IMG/VR virus record: IMGVR_UViG_3300034106_004043
Length of the DNA stretch: 64,000 nt
Direction: 5' to 3' (one strand)
Source of the DNA: a virus
Lineage: Duplodnaviria; Caudoviricetes
A program made the translations under genes and the position numbers. Shown piece by piece: positions 35,775-45,029 of the stretch. The notes under the pieces are model-generated. The model worked only from the letters and a program-made list of their open reading frames with translations, was not told the origin of the DNA and searched no databases. Position 1 is the stretch's first letter; every line of letters begins with the position of its first letter.

Positions 35775-37892
35775 TTCAATAATTTTATCTTTTACCATCT
35801 CAGATGTTATCTTTTTAGAACATTCAAACATTTTATCATTCCCCTTATTTATTGGACACCAATTCCAATCACCTGGGTCTAATCTAAACTTATTTGCACA
35901 TCCTCTACAAGTATTTTCAGGTGCACTAACTTTATAAACATTATCATAAGGTTCGTTAAACTCTTCAGTAAATCCTGAAATCAATACTGTTGGGATATCC
36001 AAAGCCCAAGTAACCCATGAAATACCACTTGATATTCCAATAAAGAATTCACAGGTAGATAACTCTTCAATCAGTTTATAGATTGAGCCAGAAGGGTTTT
36101 GTTTAGCACCTTTAGGATAAAAATTACCCATATACCCATCTTCCTCTTTTGAATAAATGATTACCTCATAACCAAGAGATATAAGATAATCAGTAATTTC
36201 TTGCCATCCTTTTGGGTTATTCCAATATTTGGATTGAGCGGTTGAATGAATACCCAATCCAACTCGTTTTTTCTTTAACTTGTTAGGGTTTTTAATTAAA
36301 GGTTTTACTTCCTTATATTCCAAACCTAAAATGTCTGTCGCGGTTTTTTGTAATGGACCTAATTTAAAGTCACTTGGGTGTCTATCAGTTTTAACATTAT
36401 CACCATCGTAAAACCAACCTATCTCATACATTGCGTATAGGTTATCAACCGTACTGCCAGGGGGGACAAATTGTATTTCAGGATATTGTTTTACAAACAA
36501 ATCGTTAAAGAATGTTGAACAGATAACCTTACAATTATGTTTTTTTCTAAATTCCTCAGCGTAAGGTGCCCAAGCGAATGTATCACCTAAAGATTTAGAA
36601 TCTAAAGCGATATATACTCGTTTGTTCTCCGCATTATATTTCTTTTCACTAATTAAATTACCTTCAGAGTAAATTTTTAAAGTATACTCATCAAAATATT
36701 TCTTACTTAATCTGACCCACATATTACAACCAATCTCCTCACGATATTCACAGTCACCACTCTGATTCCAAAACTCAACCAAATATCGTTTATCACTATT
36801 ACCCTTAATTTCAACTAACGCTCCGTTGATATAATGATTAATTACTTCAATTTTTTCAACCATCTCTTTTGGTTTTATTTCAGTATTTTCAAATACTTTA
36901 TCAAATCTTTGTTTTGTCTCAAGACTATTCAAATTTTTTCTACTGTTAATAAGGTCTTCATAAATTCTAACCATCCTTTTAGTAATAACACTCCAATCGT
37001 ATTTTTGTCTATCTAATTCAGTGTTATTTAAATATAAATCATAATTGTCAATTACTTGTTTAATACCACTAACTATTTGATTTACATCTCTTTCAACTAT
37101 AACCATTCCTTCTATTGTTTGTGAACCCAAATAAGTACCAACAACGGGTATATTACAAGATACCGCCTCTAATAATGTTAGGTTTGGATGTCCGGCTTCC
37201 AACATAGATGGATGTAAGAAGATTGAATGACTTTTATATAGTTCTAATATTTGTTCTTCATTTGGATTTGAGAACATTAAAGTTAACTTATCGTAATTTA
37301 ATAAGTCATTGTGATGTTCAAAGAATATTCTGTTATTTTCAGGACCAGCAACAGTAATAGGTAAATCTAATTTGATTGCGGATTCAATCGCATATCTAAA
37401 TCCTTTTCTATCGTAGGTTGAATCACCACCAATACCATTGTTTGCTAAACACAATAATTTATGTTCAGTTCTTTTTGGATTGTCATTTTTAAAGAAATCA
37501 GTATTAACACCATGTGATAGATAGAACAACTTATCTGTCTCATCAAAGTAATCAACTAAAAACTCAGCGTGGGTGAAAGATATCACAGACCTTTTAATTG
37601 CTTCTAAATTTTGTTGGTAGTTAGATGACTCCTTACCGTAATAAACAACGTGGTGGTCATGTAATGAGAAGATATAAGGGATACCTCTATTTGCCGCTTC
37701 AATAGCCAAATTAGCCATATGAATATGAATAATATCACTACTGTTAGTATCTACCTCATTAAGATATTTTATATCACATTGGTGTCCTAACTCTTTAATA
37801 TTGTTGTAATATTCCCATATTACTTTTTCAACCGCCCCCCAACCATTTGGTGGTATTGTAATAATTCCAGGTGTTACTTGTGTAATTCTCAT
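35760..37892 (-). CDS. GT4-like glycosyltransferase fused to autotransporter O-heptosyltransferase-like (Aah/TibC) domain
   Basis: PPNGWGAVEK, EAGHPNLTLLEA; DSKSLGDTFAWAPY...CSTFFNDLF...YPEI; FFIGISSGISW. Confidence 0.85.
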   Translation of the reverse strand: MRITQVTPGIITIPPNGWGAVEKVIWEYYNNIKELGHQCDIKYLNEVDTNSSDIIHIHMANLAIEAANRGIPYIFSLHDHHVVYYGKESSNYQQNLEAIKRSVISFTHAEFLVDYFDETDKLFYLSHGVNTDFFKNDNPKRTEHKLLCLANNGIGGDSTYDRKGFRYAIESAIKLDLPITVAGPENNRIFFEHHNDLLNYDKLTLMFSNPNEEQILELYKSHSIFLHPSMLEAGHPNLTLLEAVSCNIPVVGTYLGSQTIEGMVIVERDVNQIVSGIKQVIDNYDLYLNNTELDRQKYDWSVITKRMVRIYEDLINSRKNLNSLETKQRFDKVFENTEIKPKEMVEKIEVINHYINGALVEIKGNSDKRYLVEFWNQSGDCEYREEIGCNMWVRLSKKYFDEYTLKIYSEGNLISEKKYNAENKRVYIALDSKSLGDTFAWAPYAEEFRKKHNCKVICSTFFNDLFVKQYPEIQFVPPGSTVDNLYAMYEIGWFYDGDNVKTDRHPSDFKLGPLQKTATDILGLEYKEVKPLIKNPNKLKKKRVGLGIHSTAQSKYWNNPKGWQEITDYLISLGYEVIIYSKEEDGYMGNFYPKGAKQNPSGSIYKLIEELSTCEFFIGISSGISWVTWALDIPTVLISGFTEEFNEPYDNVYKVSAPENTCRGCANKFRLDPGDWNWCPINKGNDKMFECSKKITSEMVKDKIIELLGK

Positions 37893-38575
37893 ATTAAACT
37901 AAAATTTTCATTTTTTCTTTTATCATAAGTTTCCCTATCTGTTGAAGCATATTTTTCATTCTCAATATCTAGTTCATCCATTGACCCTGGGTTAAAATAA
38001 TAATGTTTATGTAAATAAATAAAATCACCAATATATGTTATTTTATTTAAAATTTTACCGACTTGAGTAAGTTCATCATCACAGTAAAAAGAATAATAAA
38101 TAGGGTTAAATATATAACCAAATCTTTCATAATATTTTCTACCCATAACAGGATGTGTACAAATTAATTCATTTTGTATACCATCAGGAAAATGTAAAAT
38201 ACCGTCTAAATCAGGGTAAAACTCTAACATATATTTTCTAATATGTAAATCAATATTTTCTTTAGGAAATTCAAAATCGTCAGCAATATTCATAACAATA
38301 TCCCAATCAGATATTTTATTAATATTATAATTTGTGGCAATTATTTTACCTTTAGAGTCCGATGAAAATACTTTTATAATACTTGAATATCTATGATTTA
38401 AAATAAAATTTTTAATTTCATCTGAATTCATTGTATCATCGTCATTATCTATTGAGACTAAAATTATACAATTTTCATAATCGTATAATTTATCACATAA
38501 CTCATTAATTACATTAATAAATTTTTTAGGTCTACTCCTTGTTGCAAAATTAAATAGGATTTTTAAATTTTTCAT
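37889..38575 (-). CDS. GT-A fold glycosyltransferase
   Basis: FATRSRP, SIDNDD, NIADD, FYCDDE. Confidence 0.75.
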   Translation of the reverse strand: MKNLKILFNFATRSRPKKFINVINELCDKLYDYENCIILVSIDNDDDTMNSDEIKNFILNHRYSSIIKVFSSDSKGKIIATNYNINKISDWDIVMNIADDFEFPKENIDLHIRKYMLEFYPDLDGILHFPDGIQNELICTHPVMGRKYYERFGYIFNPIYYSFYCDDELTQVGKILNKITYIGDFIYLHKHYYFNPGSMDELDIENEKYASTDRETYDKRKNENFSLI

Positions 38576-38576
38576 A

Positions 38577-39317
38577 CTATTTTGTAAAAACTTTATATTC
38601 TTTATCTATAAATGACTCACCATCTACTTGAGTTGTTATTCTTTTATTTAAAACACCCATGGTCAATCTTTGTTCTGAACATATTATATTGAAAAACGTG
38701 TCAGCACAATCCCATCTATGTGTTCTCAACTGGTTCATTATTGTTTTACGTGATTTCTTTGAAAACATTATACATTGTAAACCAATTATTTTATTTGTAA
38801 TAAACAATAAATCTTGATTTGGTATTTCCCTAACCACATCAGATTGGTGCCATCCATAATCTAAGGTTTTAGTATCACCGAATGAAAAATAAGAAATGTC
38901 TTCCTGATTAACAATACTACACACCTGATTAACTTTATCTATAAACTCCTCAATCGGAACTTCTATAATACAATCACCTTCACAGACAATTAAGAAATCT
39001 AAATCATTATCAAATTCAGATAAGATACCTATTTTAAATGCTTCAAAACATCCGTAGTGAGCCGGTGTTAAAGCGTTACCATATTCAGGGTCATTAACAT
39101 CTTCATACTTACCCATTCTAACATTATGTGGTCTAACACTAGTATGAATTGGAGGTAAAGAAGCATATAACTCGTTCTGATGTAAAACATATTCAATACC
39201 ATAAGGGATTACCTGTTGTACAGATTTTCTTGATTCTTTTTCTCTATGTTCATTCTGTGTTGTCTGTAAATGAACTAATTTAATCTTATAATTCATATGA
39301 TTTTTTACGGTCTCCAT
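38577..39317 (-). CDS. GT25-like glycosyltransferase
   Basis: AHYGCFEAF, IVCEGDC, GLQCIMF, WDCADTF. Confidence 0.65.
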   Translation of the reverse strand: METVKNHMNYKIKLVHLQTTQNEHREKESRKSVQQVIPYGIEYVLHQNELYASLPPIHTSVRPHNVRMGKYEDVNDPEYGNALTPAHYGCFEAFKIGILSEFDNDLDFLIVCEGDCIIEVPIEEFIDKVNQVCSIVNQEDISYFSFGDTKTLDYGWHQSDVVREIPNQDLLFITNKIIGLQCIMFSKKSRKTIMNQLRTHRWDCADTFFNIICSEQRLTMGVLNKRITTQVDGESFIDKEYKVFTK

Positions 39318-40900
39318 AATCCAATACCACCAAACCCTTGTGAGTGTTGACCATTTAATTTAACATTACCAGATGACTTAGTACATACTAAATTAATTTT
39401 TGTACCTTCATCTAAATCTTGCCAAAATTTATAAACCTGACCGGCGTAACTATCGGCGAATATATGGTTAGGGTCAATGTCGTGGAAACCAATCACACCA
39501 CGTGGTGATAATAAATTTTTATATAATTCAAAATCATGTTTAACACCATCATATGTGTGGTCACCATCAATAAAAATAAAATCGTATTTTGGACAAAAAT
39601 CTTTTACTTGTTCAAACATATCTTTAGTATGTGAGTCCCCTTGGAAGAATTTCCAATCTTCTCCGTGCATAAAATGATGTATAATTGATTGTCTTGGTTC
39701 AATATCTACTGAAACTTTCTTACCCGTTGATAGTTTTGACATCAACCAAAAGGTACTACCCATTGTCCCAATTTCTAATATATTATGAGGTTTAAACCCT
39801 CCTAGCCAATAGGATAATGTTAATATTTCTTCATACACCTGCATGAAAATACATTTTTCCATCAAATCAAAATCCAAACAATAATCCACTAACTCTTTTG
39901 GTTCATTAGTTTTTATAATATTTGTTTTTGTTGATTTAGAAAGTTGTTTAGATAATAAATTCACTATTGAATCGTAATAACGAATATGGTGATTATTATT
40001 ACATAGTTTAGATGTGTCAACTAATCCATCAGGTAGTGTATAGTCTTTAGTCCAATCCAAATATTCAATAAAACCAATTTTATTTTTCCAATATGTATCG
40101 AATAATTTAAAACAAAGTTTTCTATCATCTTCAGTTCCTAATATATATTCATATAAAAATCCATCTCTCATCGGTGGATTAGGTGACAATATAACAATAC
40201 GATTATTATAAATTTCTTTAATTTTTAAAATTGAATTAAAGTAACTATCCATCAACTCTAAACAAGCTTCTTTTAAAGTAATGTTCTTGTTTTCACAATG
40301 TTTATGAATTGTGTATCTGAAATCTATCTCACCCAAATAGAACACTAAAACATCTTTTTCTTGTATCGGAAGAGAATCAAGTAACCCTAAGAAGTCACCA
40401 TTAACAAATCGATTTAAACTTAATGAAGTCTGACTAACCCTTATAGGTACATGTCTCCCTACCCTATCAAATTTATTATTAGTATCGCCAAAACTAGCCC
40501 AAGCGTTTGAATCCCCTATAATCCAAGCTCTTTTAAGATATTCAGGATTAGATAAAGAATGATTACGCATTTCAAAAGATTTATGGTGAGTCTTAATTAC
40601 CTCATCATATATTATTTGATTAGTACTTAAATCTTCAACTTTAATTCTAACACCAAATTTTAAATTAGGTTTTTCATTATTATCAATTTCATCAACACTA
40701 AATCGAGTCCAAAAATTAATATTATTTGGAATTGTAACAGTGTCCGAACCTGGTATGTATTCGATATTAAAAAATGGGTCTAGTATAGTTAATTTTATAG
40801 TACTTTCATTACTGATTGGATTTTCAACACTATAATGTATTTCACAAACAGATTCTGTAATTAATCGTTTTTCTTCCAATCTAATTAAATTAAACTTCAT
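39305..40900 (-). CDS. SGNH-like domain fused to class I SAM methyltransferase
   Basis: IIGDSNA, GEIDFR, NNHH; ILEIGT, FIFIDGDHTYDGVKHDF, GFHD. Confidence 0.75.
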   Translation of the reverse strand: MKFNLIRLEEKRLITESVCEIHYSVENPISNESTIKLTILDPFFNIEYIPGSDTVTIPNNINFWTRFSVDEIDNNEKPNLKFGVRIKVEDLSTNQIIYDEVIKTHHKSFEMRNHSLSNPEYLKRAWIIGDSNAWASFGDTNNKFDRVGRHVPIRVSQTSLSLNRFVNGDFLGLLDSLPIQEKDVLVFYLGEIDFRYTIHKHCENKNITLKEACLELMDSYFNSILKIKEIYNNRIVILSPNPPMRDGFLYEYILGTEDDRKLCFKLFDTYWKNKIGFIEYLDWTKDYTLPDGLVDTSKLCNNNHHIRYYDSIVNLLSKQLSKSTKTNIIKTNEPKELVDYCLDFDLMEKCIFMQVYEEILTLSYWLGGFKPHNILEIGTMGSTFWLMSKLSTGKKVSVDIEPRQSIIHHFMHGEDWKFFQGDSHTKDMFEQVKDFCPKYDFIFIDGDHTYDGVKHDFELYKNLLSPRGVIGFHDIDPNHIFADSYAGQVYKFWQDLDEGTKINLVCTKSSGNVKLNGQHSQGFGGIGLWRP

Positions 40901-40904
40901 ATTA

Positions 40905-41702
40905 TTATTCTGATTTATTTATTGTATAAGCACTTGTTGATGGTTCAAAACCTAAATTGATAATGTGGAATCTTTTATGACATAAAGATTTATATTTTTT
41001 TGACCACCTTTCAGCAAATTCCAATTCAACTTTAGTTTCATTTGGATTGAATGTTGTTGAAAATTCCCCTATTGACAATAGTTTTTTGACATTATGAACA
41101 CCAGGTCTTAATGAAAAACTTGGCCAGTTAATATATGTTAACCATAAGTCAGGTGTTTGAACTACTTGTAATGCCGAAACATCATCATAAAATAAATTAC
41201 AATTCAATGGTAAATTTGGGTCATAGTACCACTCCCAATAATTTTCATATTCAACAGGTTTGATATTATCAGGAAATTTTTTAAAACTCTGAGAATATCC
41301 AAAATAAGCATAACCATTATTTAAACTTAACGCATCTATCGCTTCAGTAATCTTGAATAAATCCATAAAAAGATAATCATCCTCCAATAAAAAACAATAA
41401 TCAGAATCAGTCTCGATTAATTTATCTCTCCAAGAATTTAATACTCTAGCGTGTCTAAAATTATCAGGAAATGAATTCGGGTAAAAGTGAGTGATGATTT
41501 TGTTTGTATTTGGAAAATAATCATTTAGTAATTTTTCCATTTCTCTTTTATCGTCATTATTAGATGAGTCGTCAAAGAAAATTATATCATCTATTATTTC
41601 CGTATCTAAACAAAAAACAGAAAATGCTTTAATAACACGTCTTAAGAAATGTAGTCTTTTACAAGACATTATTGTTAAAGATATTTTTTTATTATTATAC
41701 AT
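40905..41702 (-). CDS. GT2-like glycosyltransferase
   Basis: TIMSCKR, FFDDSS, FLLEDDY, FSLRP. Confidence 0.7.
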   Translation of the reverse strand: MYNNKKISLTIMSCKRLHFLRRVIKAFSVFCLDTEIIDDIIFFDDSSNNDDKREMEKLLNDYFPNTNKIITHFYPNSFPDNFRHARVLNSWRDKLIETDSDYCFLLEDDYLFMDLFKITEAIDALSLNNGYAYFGYSQSFKKFPDNIKPVEYENYWEWYYDPNLPLNCNLFYDDVSALQVVQTPDLWLTYINWPSFSLRPGVHNVKKLLSIGEFSTTFNPNETKVELEFAERWSKKYKSLCHKRFHIINLGFEPSTSAYTINKSE

Positions 41703-41718
41703 TTTTTAAATTTTAAAA

Positions 41719-43455
41719 TTAAGAAAATACCACATAATCAAGAATATTTTCATTTATAATATCGTATAAAAATTCATTTGTCTGAGTGTCATATACCGAT
41801 ACTTTTTTAATTTCACTATTAAAAATATTAAATGACCAATGACCATAATTTTCCAAAGTATAATAATAAGTTTCATTACTATCATCTAAAAAATTAACAA
41901 TTATTTTTCTTTCTGATTTAAAATTATTGTAATTATACGATAATACCATTTTAGAATCTTGTCCTAAAATATTATAAATTTTAATTGAGCATCCGTTAAA
42001 CTTTGATGATATATTACTAACTGTCGTTTCAGTATTCCAAATCGTACCCACAAAATCTTCATTCATGGATATTTCACCATTTTTTCTAATCAAAAATCCA
42101 TTATCTTTTTGATTAATATTGTGATAAAGATATTTTTCAACATTAATAAAATCAGTACCAAATCCATTATTTTGTAAATAATTTTTATAATCTTCCTCAC
42201 AATTAATCCTATTAATTATCTGTTGGAAGTATTCTATTTCACAATAAAAATAATGGAACGAAACATCTCTACCTTCATTAAAATAAAACATTCCCTTTTT
42301 GTTTTGAGTAGAACAAATCACTGGTACAGTTGTCATATATTCATAACCTTCTTCACTATATAAATCATCAACTTCAATTCTTTGGAAATGTGTAAACCCA
42401 AATGACTTACACAAATCTAATGAGTTAAACAAATTAACCATAACAGGTAATCCATGTTTTTGTATTGTATTTGTAACTTCATGAGTTGTTAATGAACCAA
42501 GGTTTTTCCAAAAAATAACTGGTTCGGAATTAGTGTATTCACCTTCAAAAAGAATGTTATTTGAGTTATATAAATGATAATCAACAATTTTTAATATATG
42601 TTCAGGAACAATAGTATTAGACACAAGAAGTATTGTATGGTTATACTTTTTTAAGTTATTAATACATAACTCCAACTTATTTAAAACATTTTCATTATGG
42701 ATAAAACAATCGACTATTGTTATTGTTTTAAATTCATCTTTAATATTTTGTCTTTTGAGTTCATTAGAAACTATTATGTTTTTTTTGTTTTTTTCTTCTT
42801 CCGAAATATTTGAAAACATACCATCATTTGATATTCGATAAATTCCCCCACATTTATGAATACACTTAATTAAACCGTGTTTACTAATTTCATAATTAAG
42901 CGGCCAATCAACATAAGGTAAATTTGTAAAATAATCTTTAATTAAATTTGGTATGTTTCTAAATACCCTCGCAAAAGATGCATGATTAATAGTTAATAAA
43001 TCATCTGTAGTTATATCGTCAAGAAATGAACTAATAAACAATTCAGGAACTGTAGGTATCTTGGTACCATCGGGATGCAAATATCTTGTTCCTGTACAAA
43101 CCATACTATAATTTGGACTGTTCTCTAAAAATTCAACTTCTTCATTTAAGATTGTATAATTATCAAAATAATCATCTCCGTCAATATAAGCAATGTATTT
43201 TGTTTTACAGTAATTTAATAAAGTTCTAATATTTTCAAAACCTCCTAAATTAGTATCACCATTTAAAATTATTAAATTAGGGTATTTTTCTTTTAATTTA
43301 ATTAAAACATCTTTAGTATTATCTGTCGACCCATCATCCCTTACTATCACATCAAACCCATAATTAATTTTTTGAGAGTATATTGAATCAATACACTCTT
43401 CAATATATTTTTCAAAATTATAAGATGGTACTACTACCGTAAGTATTTTTTTCAT
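41719..43455 (-). CDS. GT2 glycosyltransferase with C-terminal extension
   Basis: VVVPSYN, DDGSTD, YIDGDDY. Confidence 0.88.
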   Translation of the reverse strand: MKKILTVVVPSYNFEKYIEECIDSIYSQKINYGFDVIVRDDGSTDNTKDVLIKLKEKYPNLIILNGDTNLGGFENIRTLLNYCKTKYIAYIDGDDYFDNYTILNEEVEFLENSPNYSMVCTGTRYLHPDGTKIPTVPELFISSFLDDITTDDLLTINHASFARVFRNIPNLIKDYFTNLPYVDWPLNYEISKHGLIKCIHKCGGIYRISNDGMFSNISEEEKNKKNIIVSNELKRQNIKDEFKTITIVDCFIHNENVLNKLELCINNLKKYNHTILLVSNTIVPEHILKIVDYHLYNSNNILFEGEYTNSEPVIFWKNLGSLTTHEVTNTIQKHGLPVMVNLFNSLDLCKSFGFTHFQRIEVDDLYSEEGYEYMTTVPVICSTQNKKGMFYFNEGRDVSFHYFYCEIEYFQQIINRINCEEDYKNYLQNNGFGTDFINVEKYLYHNINQKDNGFLIRKNGEISMNEDFVGTIWNTETTVSNISSKFNGCSIKIYNILGQDSKMVLSYNYNNFKSERKIIVNFLDDSNETYYYTLENYGHWSFNIFNSEIKKVSVYDTQTNEFLYDIINENILDYVVFS

Positions 43456-43467
43456 TATTTATCCCTA

Positions 43468-43836
43468 TTATTTTTTTAGAATTATTGCATTCCCCTCAAT
43501 TAAAATTTCATCATCTTTAAAAATTATTGTTTTTAAAAAAAACTTATTTCCGTCTTTTTTATCAAGTTCTACAATCACCTCAATTTCATCATTAATAAAA
43601 CAAGGGTTTTTAAAAATCAAATTTTGTTGTAGATATATTGAACCCTTACCAGGATATACTTCAGATATCAATCTTGAAAAAAAGGAACTTAATAACATCC
43701 CGTGAGCAACTCTTTTACCAAAAATAGTTGATTTAGCGTATTCCTCATCTAAGTGTATTGGGTTTTTATCTCCTGATAACTCAGAGAAATCTTTAACCAT
43801 ATCTTCAGAAATTAAAATTTTTTCAGATACTCGCAT
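43468..43836 (-). CDS. MaoC-family (R)-hydratase/dehydratase
   Basis: FSELSGDKNPIHLDEEYA...RVAHGML...PGKG. Confidence 0.92.
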   Translation of the reverse strand: MRVSEKILISEDMVKDFSELSGDKNPIHLDEEYAKSTIFGKRVAHGMLLSSFFSRLISEVYPGKGSIYLQQNLIFKNPCFINDEIEVIVELDKKDGNKFFLKTIIFKDDEILIEGNAIILKK

Positions 43837-44375
43837 TCTAAATTTATTATATTTTTTTTTCTATCCTTTATTTCTTTAGCCGGTATTCCAACCGCAATTT
43901 TAGACTCAGATATGTTTTTATTTACTAATGATAAACTACCTATAGCACTATAATCTTCAATCTCAACATTTGGTAATATTATAGTACCCGCACCAATAAT
44001 AACATGTTTACCTAATATGACTTTACCTGAAATCACATTTGTAAATTCTTTATTAACTGTGGGATTTGTCATGAATTCCCCACTATAATCATCTGTTGAT
44101 GTATATATGGATACTCTAGAAGATAGTCCTGAAAAATCTTTCATTACAATTTCTTCATTACCCATTAAACTACAGAAAATTGCAATATGGACATTATTAC
44201 CTAACTTAATTCCTCCATTACCAGCACTTATCACACAAAAATCATCAATTCTAACATTATTACCCAATTCAATATTTTTAGGATTATAAATTGAACATCT
44301 ATTAGAAATTAAAACATTATCCCCAATAGATTTGAAACCTATTTCGACCAACTCATTTTTACTATAAAATCCCAT
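43812..44375 (-). CDS. Left-handed beta-helix sugar acyltransferase
   Basis: IELGNNVRIDDF, IKLGNNVHI, GKVILGKHVIIG, GIPAK. Confidence 0.88.
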   Translation of the reverse strand: MGFYSKNELVEIGFKSIGDNVLISNRCSIYNPKNIELGNNVRIDDFCVISAGNGGIKLGNNVHIAIFCSLMGNEEIVMKDFSGLSSRVSIYTSTDDYSGEFMTNPTVNKEFTNVISGKVILGKHVIIGAGTIILPNVEIEDYSAIGSLSLVNKNISESKIAVGIPAKEIKDRKKNIINLECEYLKKF

Positions 44376-45028
44376 TATTTTTTATATATTTCAAATTTTG
44401 ATAAGTCAGGATATGGTAGTTCCAAATCTTCATTATGTTTAGGTGTACCATCCATGTTATAAAATTGATTCATAAGTAATAAACCTCTTGAAGCAATTTC
44501 AGGCATCATGTAAAAATTCCATCCTAACATATCAAAATTATCATCATGATACGATACTTCATTCCTACCTGAATATCTCGCTCGTTTAAACCACTTGTAA
44601 GCCTCAAAATCGTCAGTTAAGATTGCACCACCTTTACCAAGTTTTAAGTGTTTATATGGGCCTGTAAATGATAAACACATATGTGTTCCTGGTATATACA
44701 TATCACTTGTAAATCTTAATGCCGAATCCCAAACATTTGTTGGTGATAGTTGATACGCTCCTTTTAATGTTGACCCATAAACAGGTTCAAACTCGACTTT
44801 ACCTCCAGCGTGGATAATCTCGCAAGGTACTGACGGGTATGTTCTACTTGGTATTTTAATTGTTTTACCATTAATTTTCTCATAATACAACGCTAAAAAT
44901 AAAGCGTTACTTTGATTATCAACTGTAACAGCATATGGTGCACCAGCATATTCAGCTAATTGTTCTTCAAATTTTTTTGTGACATCGTAAACCGATGATG
45001 ACAATGTACCAGGTGTTCTTAATTTCAT
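44375..45028 (-). CDS. Compact DegT/DnrJ/EryC1/StrS aminotransferase
   Basis: FEEQLAEY, WDSA, SFTGPYKHL..GKGGAIL, GWNFYM; only 217 aa. Confidence 0.8.
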   Translation of the reverse strand: MKLRTPGTLSSSVYDVTKKFEEQLAEYAGAPYAVTVDNQSNALFLALYYEKINGKTIKIPSRTYPSVPCEIIHAGGKVEFEPVYGSTLKGAYQLSPTNVWDSALRFTSDMYIPGTHMCLSFTGPYKHLKLGKGGAILTDDFEAYKWFKRARYSGRNEVSYHDDNFDMLGWNFYMMPEIASRGLLLMNQFYNMDGTPKHNEDLELPYPDLSKFEIYKK

Positions 45029-45029
45029 A

